Made by a program: the position numbers and the translations under genes
Source: Mobula hypostoma
Lineage: Eukaryota
Assembly: GCF_963921235.1 (NCBI RefSeq)
Contig: NC_086109.1
Coordinates: 1-64,000, forward strand
Reading direction: 5' to 3'
DNA length: 64,000 nt
Notes under the pieces: model-generated
Told to the model about the DNA's origin: nothing
The model's input: the letters and a program-made list of their open reading frames with translations, nothing else
Database searches by the model: none
Part shown: positions 28,735-41,900 of the stretch, in pieces
Position numbering within the stretch: the stretch's first letter is position 1
How the letters are laid out: each line of letters opens with the position of its first letter

Positions 28735-31700
28735 ACACGGGAGGTGTGTAGGGGATTGGAGTGGATAATAGACACGGGAGGTGTGTAGGGGACTGGAGGG
28801 GATAGTAGACACGTGCAGTGGTGTAGGGGACTGGAGGGGATAGTAGACACGGGAGGTGTGTAGGGGACTGGAGTGGATAATAGACACGGGCAGTGGTGTA
28901 GGGGACTGGAATGGATAATAGACACGGGGAGTGGTGTAGGGGATTGGAGTGGATAGTAGACACGGGGAGTGTGTAGGAGATTGGAGTGGATAGTAGACAC
29001 GGGAGGTGTGTAGGGGACTGGAGTGGATAATACACACGGGGAGGTGTGTAGGGGATTTGAGTGAATAATAGACACGGGAGGTGTGTAGGGGACTGGAGGG
29101 GATAATAGACACGGGCAGTGGTGTGGGGGACTGGAGTGGATAATAGACACGGGCAGTGGTGTAGAGGATTGGAGGGGATAGTAGACACGGGAGGTGTGTA
29201 GGGGACTGGAGTGGATAATAGACACGGGAGGTGTGTAGGGGATTGGAGTGGATAATAGACACGGTGGGTGTGTAGGGGACTGGAGTGGATAATAGACACG
29301 GGAGGTGTGTAGGGGACTTGAGTGGATAATAGACACGGGAGGTGTGTAGGGGACTGGAGTGGATAATAGACACGGGGAGTGGTGTAGGGGACTGGAGTGG
29401 ATAATAGACACGGGCAGTGGTGTGGGGGACTGGAGTGGATAATAGACACAGGGTGTGGTGTAGGGGACTGGAGTGGATAATAGACACCGGAGGTGTGTAG
29501 GGGATTGGAGTGGATAATAGACACGGGCAGTGGTGTGGGGGACTGGAGTGGATAATAGACACGGGCAGTGGTGTGGGGGACTGGAATGGATAATAGACAC
29601 GGGCAGTGGTATGGGGGACTGGAGTGGATAATAGACACAGGGTGTGGTGTAGGGGACTGGAGTGGATAATAGACACGGGAGGTGTGTAGGGGATTGGAGT
29701 GGATAATAGACACGGTGGGTGTGTAGGGGACTGCAGTGGATAATAGACATGGGGAGTGGTGTAGGGGACTGGAGTGGATAATAGTCACTGGATTTGTGTG
29801 GGGGACTGGAGTGGATAATAGACACGGGCAGTGGTGTAGGGGACTGGAATGGATAATAGACACGGGAGGTGTGTAGTTGATTGAAGTGGATAATAGACAG
29901 GGGGAGGTGTGTACGGGCCTGGAGGGGATAATAGACACGGGCAGTGGTGTGGGGTACTGGAGTGGATAATAAACACGGGCAGTGTGTAGGGAATTGGAGG
30001 GGATTGTAGACACGGGAGGTGTGTAGGGGATTGGAGTGGATAATAGACACGGGACGTGTGTAGGGGACTGGAGTGGATAGTAGACACGGGCAGTGGTGTA
30101 GGGGACTGGAGTGGATAATAGACACGGGAGGTGTGTAGGGGACTGAAGTGGATAATAGACACGGGAGGTGTGTAGGGGACTGGAGTGGATAATAGACGCG
30201 GGCAGTGATGTGGGGGACTGGAGGGGATAATAGACACGGGAGGTGTGTAGGGGATTGGAGGGGATAGTAGACACGGGAGGTGTGTAGGGGACTGGAGTGG
30301 ATAATAGACACGGGGAGTTATGTAGGTGATTGGAGGGGATAGTAGACACGGGGAGGTGTGTAGGGGACTGGAGTGGATAATAGACACGGGAGGTGTGCAT
30401 AGGGATTGGAGTGGATAATAGACACGGTAGGTGTGTAGGGGACTGGAGTGGATAATAGACACGGGGAGTGGTGTAGGGGATTGGAGGGGATAGTAGACAC
30501 GAGAGGTGTGTAGGGGACTGTAGTGGATAATAGACACGGGGAGTGTTGGAGGGGATAGTAGACACGGGAGGTGTGTAGGGGACTGGAGTGGATAATAGAC
30601 ACGGGCAGTGGTGTAGGGGACTGGAATGGATAATAGACACGGGGAGTGGTGTAGGGGATTGGAGTGGATAGTAGACACGGGAGGTGTGCAGTGGACTGGA
30701 GTTGATAATACACACGGGGAGGTGTGTAGGGGATTGGAGTGGATAATAGACACGGGAGGTGTGTAGGGGACTGGAGGGGACAATAGACACGGGCAGTGGT
30801 GTGGGGGACTGGAGTGGATAATAGACACAGGGTGTGGTGTAGGGGACTGGAGTGCATAATAGGCACGGGAGGTGTGTCGGGTACTGGAGTGGATAATAGA
30901 CACGGGCAGTGGTGTACAGGATTGGAGGGGATAGTAGACACGGGAGGTGTGTAGGGGACTGGAGTGGATAATAGACACGGGCAGTGGTGTGGGGGACTGG
31001 AGTGGATAATAGACACGGGCAGTGGTGTGGGGGACTGGAGTGGATAATAGACACGGGAGGTGTGTAGGGGATTGGAGTGGATAATAGACACGGGAGGTGT
31101 GTAGGGGACTGGAGGGGATAGTAGACACGTGCAGTGGTGTAGGGGACTGGAGGGGATAGTAGACACGGGAGGTGTGTAGGGGACTGGAGTGGATAATAGA
31201 CACGGGCAGTGGTGTAGGGGACTGGAATGGATAATAGACACGGGGAGTGGTATAGGGGATTGGAGTGGATAGTAGACACGGGGAGTGTGTAGGAGATTGG
31301 AGTGGATAGTAGACACGGGAGGTGTGTAGGGGACTGGAGTGGATAATACACACGGGGAGGTGTGTAGGGGATTTGAGTGAATAATAGACACGGGAGGTGT
31401 GTAGGGGACTGGAGGGGATAATAGACACGGGCAGTGGTGTGGGGGACTGGAGTGGATAATAGACACGGGCAGTGGTGTAGAGGATTGGAGGGGATAGTAG
31501 ACACGGGAGGTGTGTAGGGGACTGGAGTGGATAATAGACACGGGAGGTGTGTAGGGGATTGGAGTGGATAATAGACACGGTGGGTGTGTAGGGGACTGGA
31601 GTGGATAATAGACACGGGAGGAGTGTAGGGGACTTGAGTGGATAATAGACACGGGAGGTGTGTAGGGGACTGGAGTGGATAATAGACACGGGGAGTGGTG

Positions 31701-33366
31701 TAGGGGACTGGAGTGGATAATAGACACGGGCAGTGGTGTGGGGGACTGGAGTGGATAATAGACACAGGGTGTGGTGTAGGGGACTGGAGTGGATAATAGA
31801 CACCGGAGGTGTGTAGGGGATTGGAGTGGATAATAGACACGGGCAGTGGTGTGGGGGACTGGAGTGGATAATAGACACGGGCAGTGGTGTGGGGGACTGG
31901 AATGGATAATAGACACGGGCAGTGGTATGGGGGACTGGAGTGGATAATAGACACAGGGTGTGGTGTAGGGGACTGGAGTGGATAATAGACACGGGAGGTG
32001 TGTAGGGGAGTGGAGTGGATAATAGACACGGTGGGTGTGTAGGGGACTGCAGTGGATAATAGACATGGGGAGTGGTGTAGGGGACTGGAGTGGATAATAG
32101 TCACTGGATTTGTGTGGGGGACTGGAGTGGATAATAGACACGGGCAGTGGTGTAGGGGACTGGAATGGATAATAGACACGGGAGGTGTGTAGTTGATTGA
32201 AGTGGATAATAGACAGGGGGAGGTGTGTACGGGCCTGGAGGGGATAATAGACACGGGCAGTGGTGTGGGGTACTGGAGTGGATAATAAACACGGGCAGTG
32301 TGTAGGGAATTGGAGGGGATTGTAGACACGGGAGGTGTGTAGGGGATTGGAGTGGATAATAGACACGGGACGTGTGTAGGGGACTGGAGTGGATAGTAGA
32401 CACGGGCAGTGGTGTAGGGGACTGGAGTGGATAATAGACACGGGAGGTGTGTAGGGGACTGAAGTGGATAATAGACACGGGAGGTGTGTAGGGGACTGGA
32501 GTGGATAATAGACGCGGGCAGTGATGTGGGGGACTGCAGGGGATAATAGACACGGGAGGTGTGTAGGGGATTGGAGGGGATAGTAGACACGGGAGGTGTG
32601 TAGGGGACTGGAGTGGATAATAGACACGGGGAGTGGTGTAGGTGATTGGAGGGGATAGTAGACACGGGGAGGTGTGTAGGGGACTGGAGTGGATAATAGA
32701 CACGGGAGGTGTGCATAGGGATTGGAGTGGATAATAGACACGGTAGGTGTGTAGGGGACTGGAGTGGATAATAGACACGGGGAGTGGTGTAGGGGATTGG
32801 AGGGGATAGTAGACACGAGAGGTGTGTAGGGGACTGTAGTGGATAATAGACACGGGGAGTGTTGGAGGGGATAGTAGACACGGGAGGTGTGTAGGGGACT
32901 GGAGTGGATAATAGACACGGGCAGTGGTGTAGGGGACTGGAATGGATAATAGACACGGGGACTGGTGTAGGGGATTGGAGTGGATAGTAGACACGGGAGG
33001 TGTGTAGTGGACTGGAGTTGATAATACACACGGGGAGGTGTGTAGGGGATTGGAGTGGATAATAGACACGGGAGGTGTGTAGGGGACTGGAGGGGACAAT
33101 AGACACGGGCAGTGGTGTGGGGGACTGGAGTGGATAATAGACACAGGGTGTGGTGTAGGGGACTGGAGTGCATAATAGGCACGGGAGGTGTGTCGGGTAC
33201 TGGAGTGGATAATAGACACGGGCAGTGGTGTAGAGGATTGGAGGGGATAGTAGACACGGGAGGTGTGTAGGGGACTGGAGTGGATAATAGACACGGGCAG
33301 TGGTGTGGGGGACTGGAGTGGATAATAGACACGGACAGTGGTGTGGGGGACTGGAGTGGATAATAG
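28735..33366. repeat. Higher-order tandem duplication, 2 x 2,316 bp
   Basis: GTGAATAATAG at 29061/31377, GTCACTGGATTTG at ORF ends 29785/32101, GGGGACAATAG at ~30776/~33092. Confidence 0.88.
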
Positions 33367-36300
33367 ACACAGGGTGTGGTGTAGGGGACTGGAGTGGATA
33401 ATAGACACGGGAGGTGTGTAGGGGACTGGAGGGGATAGTAGACACGGGCAGTGGTGTAGGGGACTGGAGTGGATAATAGACACGTGAGGTGTGTAGGGGA
33501 CTGGAGTGGGTAATAGAGACGGGCAGTGTTTTGGGGGACTGGAGGGGATAATAGACACGGGAGGTGTGTAGGGGACTGGAGGTGATAATAGACACGGGAG
33601 GTGTGTAGGGGACTGGAGTGGATAATAGACACGGGGAGTGGTGTAGGGGATTGGAGGGGATAGTAGACACGGGAGGTGTGTAGGGGACTGGAGTGGATAA
33701 TAGAAACGGGCAGTGGTGTAGGGGACTGGAATGGATCATAGACACTGGAGGTGTGTAGGGGACTGGAGTGGATAGTAGACACAGGGTGTGGTGTAGGGGA
33801 TTGGAGTGCATAATAGAAACGGGCAGTGGTGTAGGGGACTGGAATGGATAATAGACACGGGAGGTGTGTAGGGGACTGGATTGGATAATAGACGCGGGAG
33901 GTGTGTGCGGGACTGGAGCGGTTAATAGACACGGGAGGTGTGTAGGGGATTGGAGTGGATAATAGACACGGGAGGTGTGTAGGTGACTGGAGGGGATAGT
34001 AGACACGGGCAGTGGTGTAAGGGACTGGAGTGGATAATAGACACGTGAGGTGTGTAGGGGACGGGAGTGGATAATAGACACGGGCAGTGTTGTGGGGGAC
34101 TGGAGGGGATAATAGACACGGGAGGTGTGTAGGGGATTGGAGAGGATAGTAGACACGGGAGGTGTGTGGGGGACTGGAGTGGATAATAGACACGGGCAGT
34201 GGTGTGGGGGACTGGATTGGATAATAGACACAGGGTGTGGTGTAGGGGAATGGAGTGGATAATAGACACGGGAGTTGTGTAGGGGATTGGAGGGGATAAT
34301 AGACACGGGAGGTATGTAGGGGATTGGAGAGGATAGTAGACATGGGAGGTGTGTAGGGGACTGGAGTGGATAATAGACACGGGGAGTGGTGTGGGGGACT
34401 GGAGTGGATAATAGACACAGGGTGTGGTGTAGGGGACTGGAGTGGATAATAGACACGGGAGGTGTGTAGGGGATTGGAGTGGATAATAGACACGGTGGGT
34501 GTGTAGGGGACTGGAGTGGATAATAGACACGGGAGGTGTGTAGGGGACTTGAGTGGATAATAGACATGGGAGGTGTGTAGAGGATTGGAGTGGATAATAC
34601 ACACGGTAGGTGTGCAGGGGACTGGAGTGGATAATAGACACGGGAGGTGTGTAGGGAACTGGAGTGGATAATAGACACGGGAAGTGTGTAGGGGATTGGA
34701 GTGGATAATAGACACGGCAGGTGTGTAGGGGATTGGAGTGGGTAATAGACACAGGGTGTGGTGTAGGGGACTGGAGTGGATAGTAGACACGGGAGGTGTG
34801 TAGGGGACTGGAGTGGATAATAGACGCGGGCAGTGGTGTAGGGGATTGGAGGGGATAGTAGACACGGGAGGTGTGTAGGGAACTGGAGTGGATAATAGAG
34901 ACGGGAAGTGTGTAGGGGATTGGAGTGGATAATAGACACGGCAGGTGTGTAGGGGATTGGAGTGGGTAATAGACACGGGGAGTGGTGTAGGGGATTGGAG
35001 GGGATAGTAGACACGGGAGGTGTGTAGGGGACTGGAGTGGATAATAAACACGGGGAGTGGTGTAGGGGACTGGAGTGGATAGTAGACACGGGCAGTGGTG
35101 TAGGGGACTGGAGTGGATAATAGACACGGGAGGTGTGTAGAGGACTGAAGTGGATAATAGACACGGGAGGTGTGTAGGGGACTGGAGTGGATAATAGACA
35201 CGGGGAGTGGTGTAGGTGATTGGAGGGGATAGTAGACACGGGGAGGTGTGTAGGGGACTGGAGTGGATAATAGACACGGGAGGTGTGCATAGGGATTGGA
35301 GTGGATAATAGACACGGTAGGTGTGTAGGGGACTGGAGTGGATAATAGACACGGGGAGTGGTGTAGGGGATTGGAGGGGATAGTAGACACGAGAGGTGTG
35401 TAGGGGACTGTAGTGGATAATAGACACGGGGAGTGTTGGAGGGGATAGTAGACACGGGAGGTGTGTAGGGGACTGGAGTGGATAATAGACACGGGCAGTG
35501 GTGTAGGGGACTGGAATGGATAATAGACACGGGGAGTGGTGTAGGGGATTGGAGGGGATAGTAGACACGGGAGGTGTGTAGGGGACTGGAGTGGATAATA
35601 GACACGGGCAGTGGTGTAGGGGACTGGAATGGATAATAGACACGGGAGGTGTGTAGTGGACTGGAGTTGATAATACACACGGGGAGGTGTGTAGGGGATT
35701 GGAGTGGATAATAGACACGGGAGGTGTGTAGGGGACTGGAGGGGATAATAGACACGGGCAGTGGTGTGGGGGACTGGAGTGGATAATAGACACAGGGTGT
35801 GGTGTAGCGGACTGGAGTGCATAATAGGCACGGGAGGTGTGTCGGGTACTGGAGTGGATAATAGACACGGGCAGTGGTGTAGAGGATTGGAGGGGATAGT
35901 AGACACGGGAGGTGTGTAGGGGACTGGAGTGGATAATAGACACGGGCAGTGGTGTGGGGGACTGGAGTGGATAATAGACACGGGCAGTGGTGTGGGGGAC
36001 TGGAGTGGATAATAGACACAGGGTGTGGTGTAGGGGACTGGAGTGGATAATAGACACGGGAGGTGTGTAGGGGACTGGAGGGGATAGTAGACACGGGCAG
36101 TGGTGTAGGGGACTGGAGTGGATAATAGACACGTGAGGTGTGTAGGGGACTGGAGTGGATAATAGAGACGGGCAGTGTTTTGGGGGACTGGAGGGGATAA
36201 TAGACACGGGAGGTGTGTAGGGGACTGGAGGTGATAATAGACACGGGAGGTGTGTAGGGGACTGGAGTGGATAATAGACACGGGGAGTGGTGTAGGGGAT

Positions 36301-39300
36301 TGGAGGGGATAGTAGACACGGGAGGTGTGTAGGGGACTGGAGTGGATAATAGAAACGGGCAGTGGTGTAGGGGACTGGAATGGATCATAGACACTGGAGG
36401 TGTGTAGGGGACTGGAGTGGATAGTAGACACAGGGTGTGGTGTAGGGGATTGGAGTGCATAATAGAAACGGGCAGTGGTGTAGGGGACTGGAATGGATAA
36501 TAGACACGGGAGGTGTGTAGGGGACTGGATTGGATAATAGACGCGGGAGGTGTGTGCGGGACTGGAGCGGTTAATAGACACGGGAGGTGTGTAGGGGATT
36601 GGAGTGGATAATAGACACGGGAGGTGTGTAGGTGACTGGAGGGGATAGTAGACACGGGCAGTGGTGTAAGGGACTGGAGTGGATAATAGACACGTGAGGT
36701 GTGTAGGGGACGGGAGTGGATAATAGACACGGGCAGTGTTGTGGGGGACTGGAGGGGATAATAGACACGGGAGGTGTGTAGGGGATTGGAGAGGATAGTA
36801 GACACGGGAGGTGTGTGGGGGACTGGAGTGGATAATAGACACGGGCAGTGGTGTGGGGGACTGGATTGGATAATAGACACAGGGTGTGGTGTAGGGGAAT
36901 GGAGTGGATAATAGACACGGGAGGTGTGTAGGGGATTGGAGGGGATAATAGACACGGGAGGTATGTAGGGGATTGGAGAGGATAGTAGACATGGGAGGTG
37001 TGTAGGGGACTGGAGTGGATAATAGACACGGGGAGTGGTGTGGGGGACTGGAGTGGATAATAGACACAGGGTGTGGTGTATGGGACTGGAGTGGATAATA
37101 GACACGGGAGGTGTGTAGGGGATTGGAGTGGATAATAGACACGGTGGGTGTGTAGGGGACTGGAGTGGATAATAGACACGGGAGGTGTGTAGGGGACTTG
37201 AGTGGATAATAGACATGGGAGGTGTGTAGAGGATTGGAGTGGATAATACACACGGTAGGTGTGCAGGGGACTGGAGTGGATAATAGACACGGGAGGTGTG
37301 TAGGGAACTGGAGTGGATAATAGACACGGGAAGTGTGTAGGGGATTGGAGTGGATAATAGACACGGCAGGTGTGTAGGGGATTGGAGTGGGTAATAGACA
37401 AAGGGTGTGGTGTAGGGGACTGGAGTGGATAGTAGACACGGGAGGTGTGTAGGGGACTGGAGTGGATAATAGACGCGGGCAGTGGTGTAGGGGATTGGAG
37501 GGGATAGTAGACACGGGAGGTGTGTAGGGAACTGGAGTGGATAATAGAGACGGGAAGTGTGTAGGGGATTGGAGTGGATAATAGACACGGCAGGTGTGTA
37601 GGGGATTGGAGTGGGTAATAGACACGGGGAGTGGTGTAGGGGATTGGAGGGGATAGTAGACACGGGAGGTGTGTAGGGGACTGGAGTGGATAATAAACAC
37701 GGGGAGTGGTGTAGGGGACTGGAGTGGATAGTAGACACGGGCAGTGGTGTAGGGGACTGGAGTGGATAATAGACACGGGAGGTGTGTAGAGGACTGAAGT
37801 GGATAATAGACACGGGAGGTGTGTAGGGGACTGGAGTGGATAATAGACGCGGGCAGTGATGTGGGGGACTGGAGGGGATAATAGACACGGGAGGTGTGTA
37901 GGGGATTGGAGGGGATAGTAGACACGGGAGGTGTGTAGGGGACTGGAGTGGATAATAGACACGGGGAGTGGTGTAGGTGATTGGAGGGGATAGTAGACAC
38001 GGGGAGGTGTGTAGGGGACTGGAGTGGATAATAGACACGGGAGGTGTGCATAGGGATTGGAGTGGATAATAGACACGGTAGGTGTGTAGGGGACTGGAGT
38101 GGATAATAGACACGGGGAGTGGTGTAGGGGATTGGAGGGGATAGTAGACACGAGAGGTGTGTAGGGGACTGTAGTGGATAATAGACACGGGGAGTGTTGG
38201 AGGGGATAGTAGACACGGGAGGTGTGTAGGGGACTGGAGTGGATAATAGACACGGGCAGTGGTGTAGGGGACTGGAATGGATAATAGACACGGGGAGTGG
38301 TGTAGGGGATTGGAGGGGATAGTAGACGCGGGAGGTGTGTAGGGGACTGGAGTGGATAATAGACACGGGCAGTGGTGTAGGGGACTGGAATGGATAATAG
38401 ACACGGGAGGTGTGTAGTGGACTGGAGTTGATAATACACACGGGGAGGTGTGTAGGGGATTGGAGTGGATAATAGACACGGGAGGTGTGTAGGGGACTGG
38501 AGGGGATAATAGACACGGGCAGTGGTGTGGGGGACTGGAGTGGATAATAGACACAGGGTGTGGTGTAGCGGACTGGAGTGCATAATAGGCACGGGAGGTG
38601 TGTCGGGTACTGGAGTGGATAATAGACACGGGCAGTGGTGTAGAGGATTGGAGGGGATAGTAGACACGGGAGGTGTGTAGGGGACTGGAGTGGATAATAG
38701 ACACGGGCAGTGGTGTGGGGGACTGGAGTGGATAATAGACACGGGCAGTGGTGTGGGGGACTGGAGTGGATAATAGACACAGGGTGTGGTGTAGGGGACT
38801 GGAGTGGATAATAGACACGGGAGGTGTGTAGGGGACTGGAGGGGATAGTAGACACGGGCAGTGGTGTAGGGGACTGGAGTGGATAATAGACACGTGAGGT
38901 GTGTAGGGGACTGGAGTGGATAATAGAGACGGGCAGTGTTTTGGGGGACTGGAGGGGATAATAGACACGGGAGGTGTGTAGGGGACTGGAGGTGATAATA
39001 GACACGGGAGGTGTGTAGGGGACTGGAGTGGATAATAGACACGGGGAGTGGTGTAGGGGATTGGAGGGGATAGTAGACACGGGAGGTGTGTAGGGGACTG
39101 GAGTGGATAATAGAAACGGGCAGTGGTGTAGGGGACTGGAATGGATCATAGACACTGGAGGTGTGTAGGGGACTGGAGTGGATAGTAGACACAGGGTGTG
39201 GTGTAGGGGATTGGAGTGGATAATAGAAACGGGCAGTGGTGTAGGGGACTGGAATGGATAATAGACACGGGAGGTGTGTAGGGGACTGGATTGGATAATA

Positions 39301-41900
39301 GACGCGGGAGGTGTGTGCGGGACTGGAGCGGTTAATAGACACGGGAGGTGTGTAGGGGATTGGAGTGGATAATAGACACGGGAGGTGTGTAGGTGACTGG
39401 AGGGGATAGTAGACACGGGCAGTGGTGTAAGGGACTGGAGTGGATAATAGACACGTGAGGTGTGTAGGGGACGGGAGTGGATAATAGACACGGGCAGTGT
39501 TGTGGGGGACTGGAGGGGATAATAGACACGGGAGGTGTGTAGGGGATTGGAGAGGATAGTAGACACGGGAGGTGTGTGGGGGACTGGAGTGGATAATAGA
39601 CACGGGCAGTGGTGTGGGGGACTGGAGTGGATAATAGACACAGGGTGTGGTGTAGGGGAATGGAGTGGATAATAGACACGGGAGGTGTGTAGGGGATTGG
39701 AGGGGATAATAGACACGGGAGGTATGTAGGGGATTGGAGAGGATAGTAGACTTGGGAGGTGTGTAGGGGACTGGAGTGGATAATAGACACGGGGAGTGGT
39801 GTGGGGGACTGGAGTGGATAATAGACACAGGGTGTGGTGTAGGGGACTGGAGTGGATAATAGACACGGGCAGTGGTGTAGGGGACTGGAATGGATAATAG
39901 ACACGGGGAGTGGTGTAGGGGATTGGAGTGGATAGTAGACACGGGAGGTGTGTAGTGGACTGGAGTTGATAATACACACGGGGAGGTGTGTAGGGGATTG
40001 GAGTGGATAATAGACACGGGAGGTGTGTAGGGGACTGGAGGGGATAATAGACACGGGCAGTGGTGTGGGGGACTGGAGTGGATAATAGACACAGGGTGTG
40101 GTGTAGGGGACTGGAGTGCATAATAGGCACGGGTGGTGTGTCGGGTACTGGAGTGGATAATAGACACGGGCAGTGGTGTAGAGGATTGGAGGGGATAGTA
40201 GACACGGGAGGTGTGTAGGGGACTGGAGTGGATAATAGACACGGGCAGTGGTGTGGGGGACTGGAGTGGATAATAGACACGGGCAGTGGTGTGGGGGACT
40301 GGAGTGGATAATAGACACAGGGTGTGGTGTAGGGGACTGGAGTGGATAATAGACACGGGAGGTGTGTAGGGGACTGGAGGGGATAGTAGACACGGGCAGT
40401 GGTGTAGGGGACTGGAGTGGATAATAGACACGTGAGGTGTGTAGGGGACTGGAGTGGATAATAGAGACGGGCAGTGTTTTGGGGGACTGGAGGGGATAAT
40501 AGACACGGGAGGTGTGTAGGGGACTGGAGGTGATAATAGACACGGGAGGTGTGTAGGGGACTGGAGTGGATAATAGACACGGGGAGTGGTGTAGGGGATT
40601 GGAGGGGATAGTAGACACGGGAGGTGTGTAGGGGACTGGAGTGGATAATAGAAACGGGCAGTGGTGTAGGGGACTGGAATGGATCATAGACACTGGAGGT
40701 GTGTAGGGGACTGGAGTGGATAGTAGACACAGGGTGTGGTGTAGGGGATTGGAGTGGACAATAGAAACGGGCAGTGGTGTAGGGGACTGGAATGGATAAT
40801 AGACACGGGAGGTGTGTAGGGGACTGGATTGGATAATAGACGCGGGAGGTGTGTGCGGGACTGGAGCGGTTAATATACACGGGAGGTGTGTAGGGGATTG
40901 GAGTGGATAATAGACACGGGAGGTGTGTAGGTGACTGGAGGGGATAGTAGACACGGGCAGTGGTGTAAGGGACTGGAGTGGATAATAGACACGTGAGGTG
41001 TGTAGGGGACGGGAGTGGATAATAGACACGGGCAGTGTTGTGGGGGACTGGAGGGGATAATAGACACGGGAGGTGTGTAGGGGATTGGAGAGGATAGTAG
41101 ACACGGGAGGTGTGTGGGGGACTGGAGTGGATAATAGACACGGGCAGTGGTGTGGGGGACTGGAGTGGATAATAGACACAGGGTGTGGTGTAGGGGAATG
41201 GAGTGGATAATAGACACGGGAGGTGTGTAGGGGATTGGAGGGGATAATAGACACGGGAGGTATGTAGGGGATTGGAGAGGATAGTAGACATGGGAGGTGT
41301 GTAGGGGACTGGAGTGGATAATAGACACGGGGAGTGGTGTGGGGGACTGGAGTGGATAATAGACACAGGGTGTGGTGTAGGGGACTGGAGTGGATAATAG
41401 ACACGGGAGGTGTGTAGGGGATTGGAGTGGATAATAGACACGGTGGGTGTGTAGGGGACTGGAGTGGATAATAGACACGGGAGGTGTGTAGGGGACTTGA
41501 GTGGATAATAGACATGGGAGGTGTGTAGAGGATTGGAGTGGATAATACACACGGTAGGTGTGCAGGGGACTGGAGTGGATAATAGACACGGGAGGTGTGT
41601 AGGGAACTGTAGTGGATAATAGACACGGGAAGTGTGTAGGGGATTGGAGTGGATAATAGACACGGCAGGTGTGTAGGGGATTGGAGTGGGTAATAGACAC
41701 AGGGTGTGGTGTAGGGGACTGGAGTGGATAGTAGACACGGGAGGTGTGTAGGGGACTGGAGTGGATAATAGACGCGGGCAGTGGTGTAGGGGATTGGAGG
41801 GGATAGTAGACACGGGAGGTGTGTAGGGAACTGGAGTGGATAATAGAGACGGGAAGTGTGTAGGGGATTGGAGTGGATAATAGACACGGCAGGTGTGTAG
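32400..41900. repeat. Run of about four higher-order units (periods 2,649, 2,761 and 1,538 bp)
   Basis: GGATCATAGACACTGG at ~33733, 36382, 39143, 40681; GTGTGCGGGACTGGAGCGGTTAA at ORF ends 33922, 36571, 39332, 40870. Confidence 0.88.
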
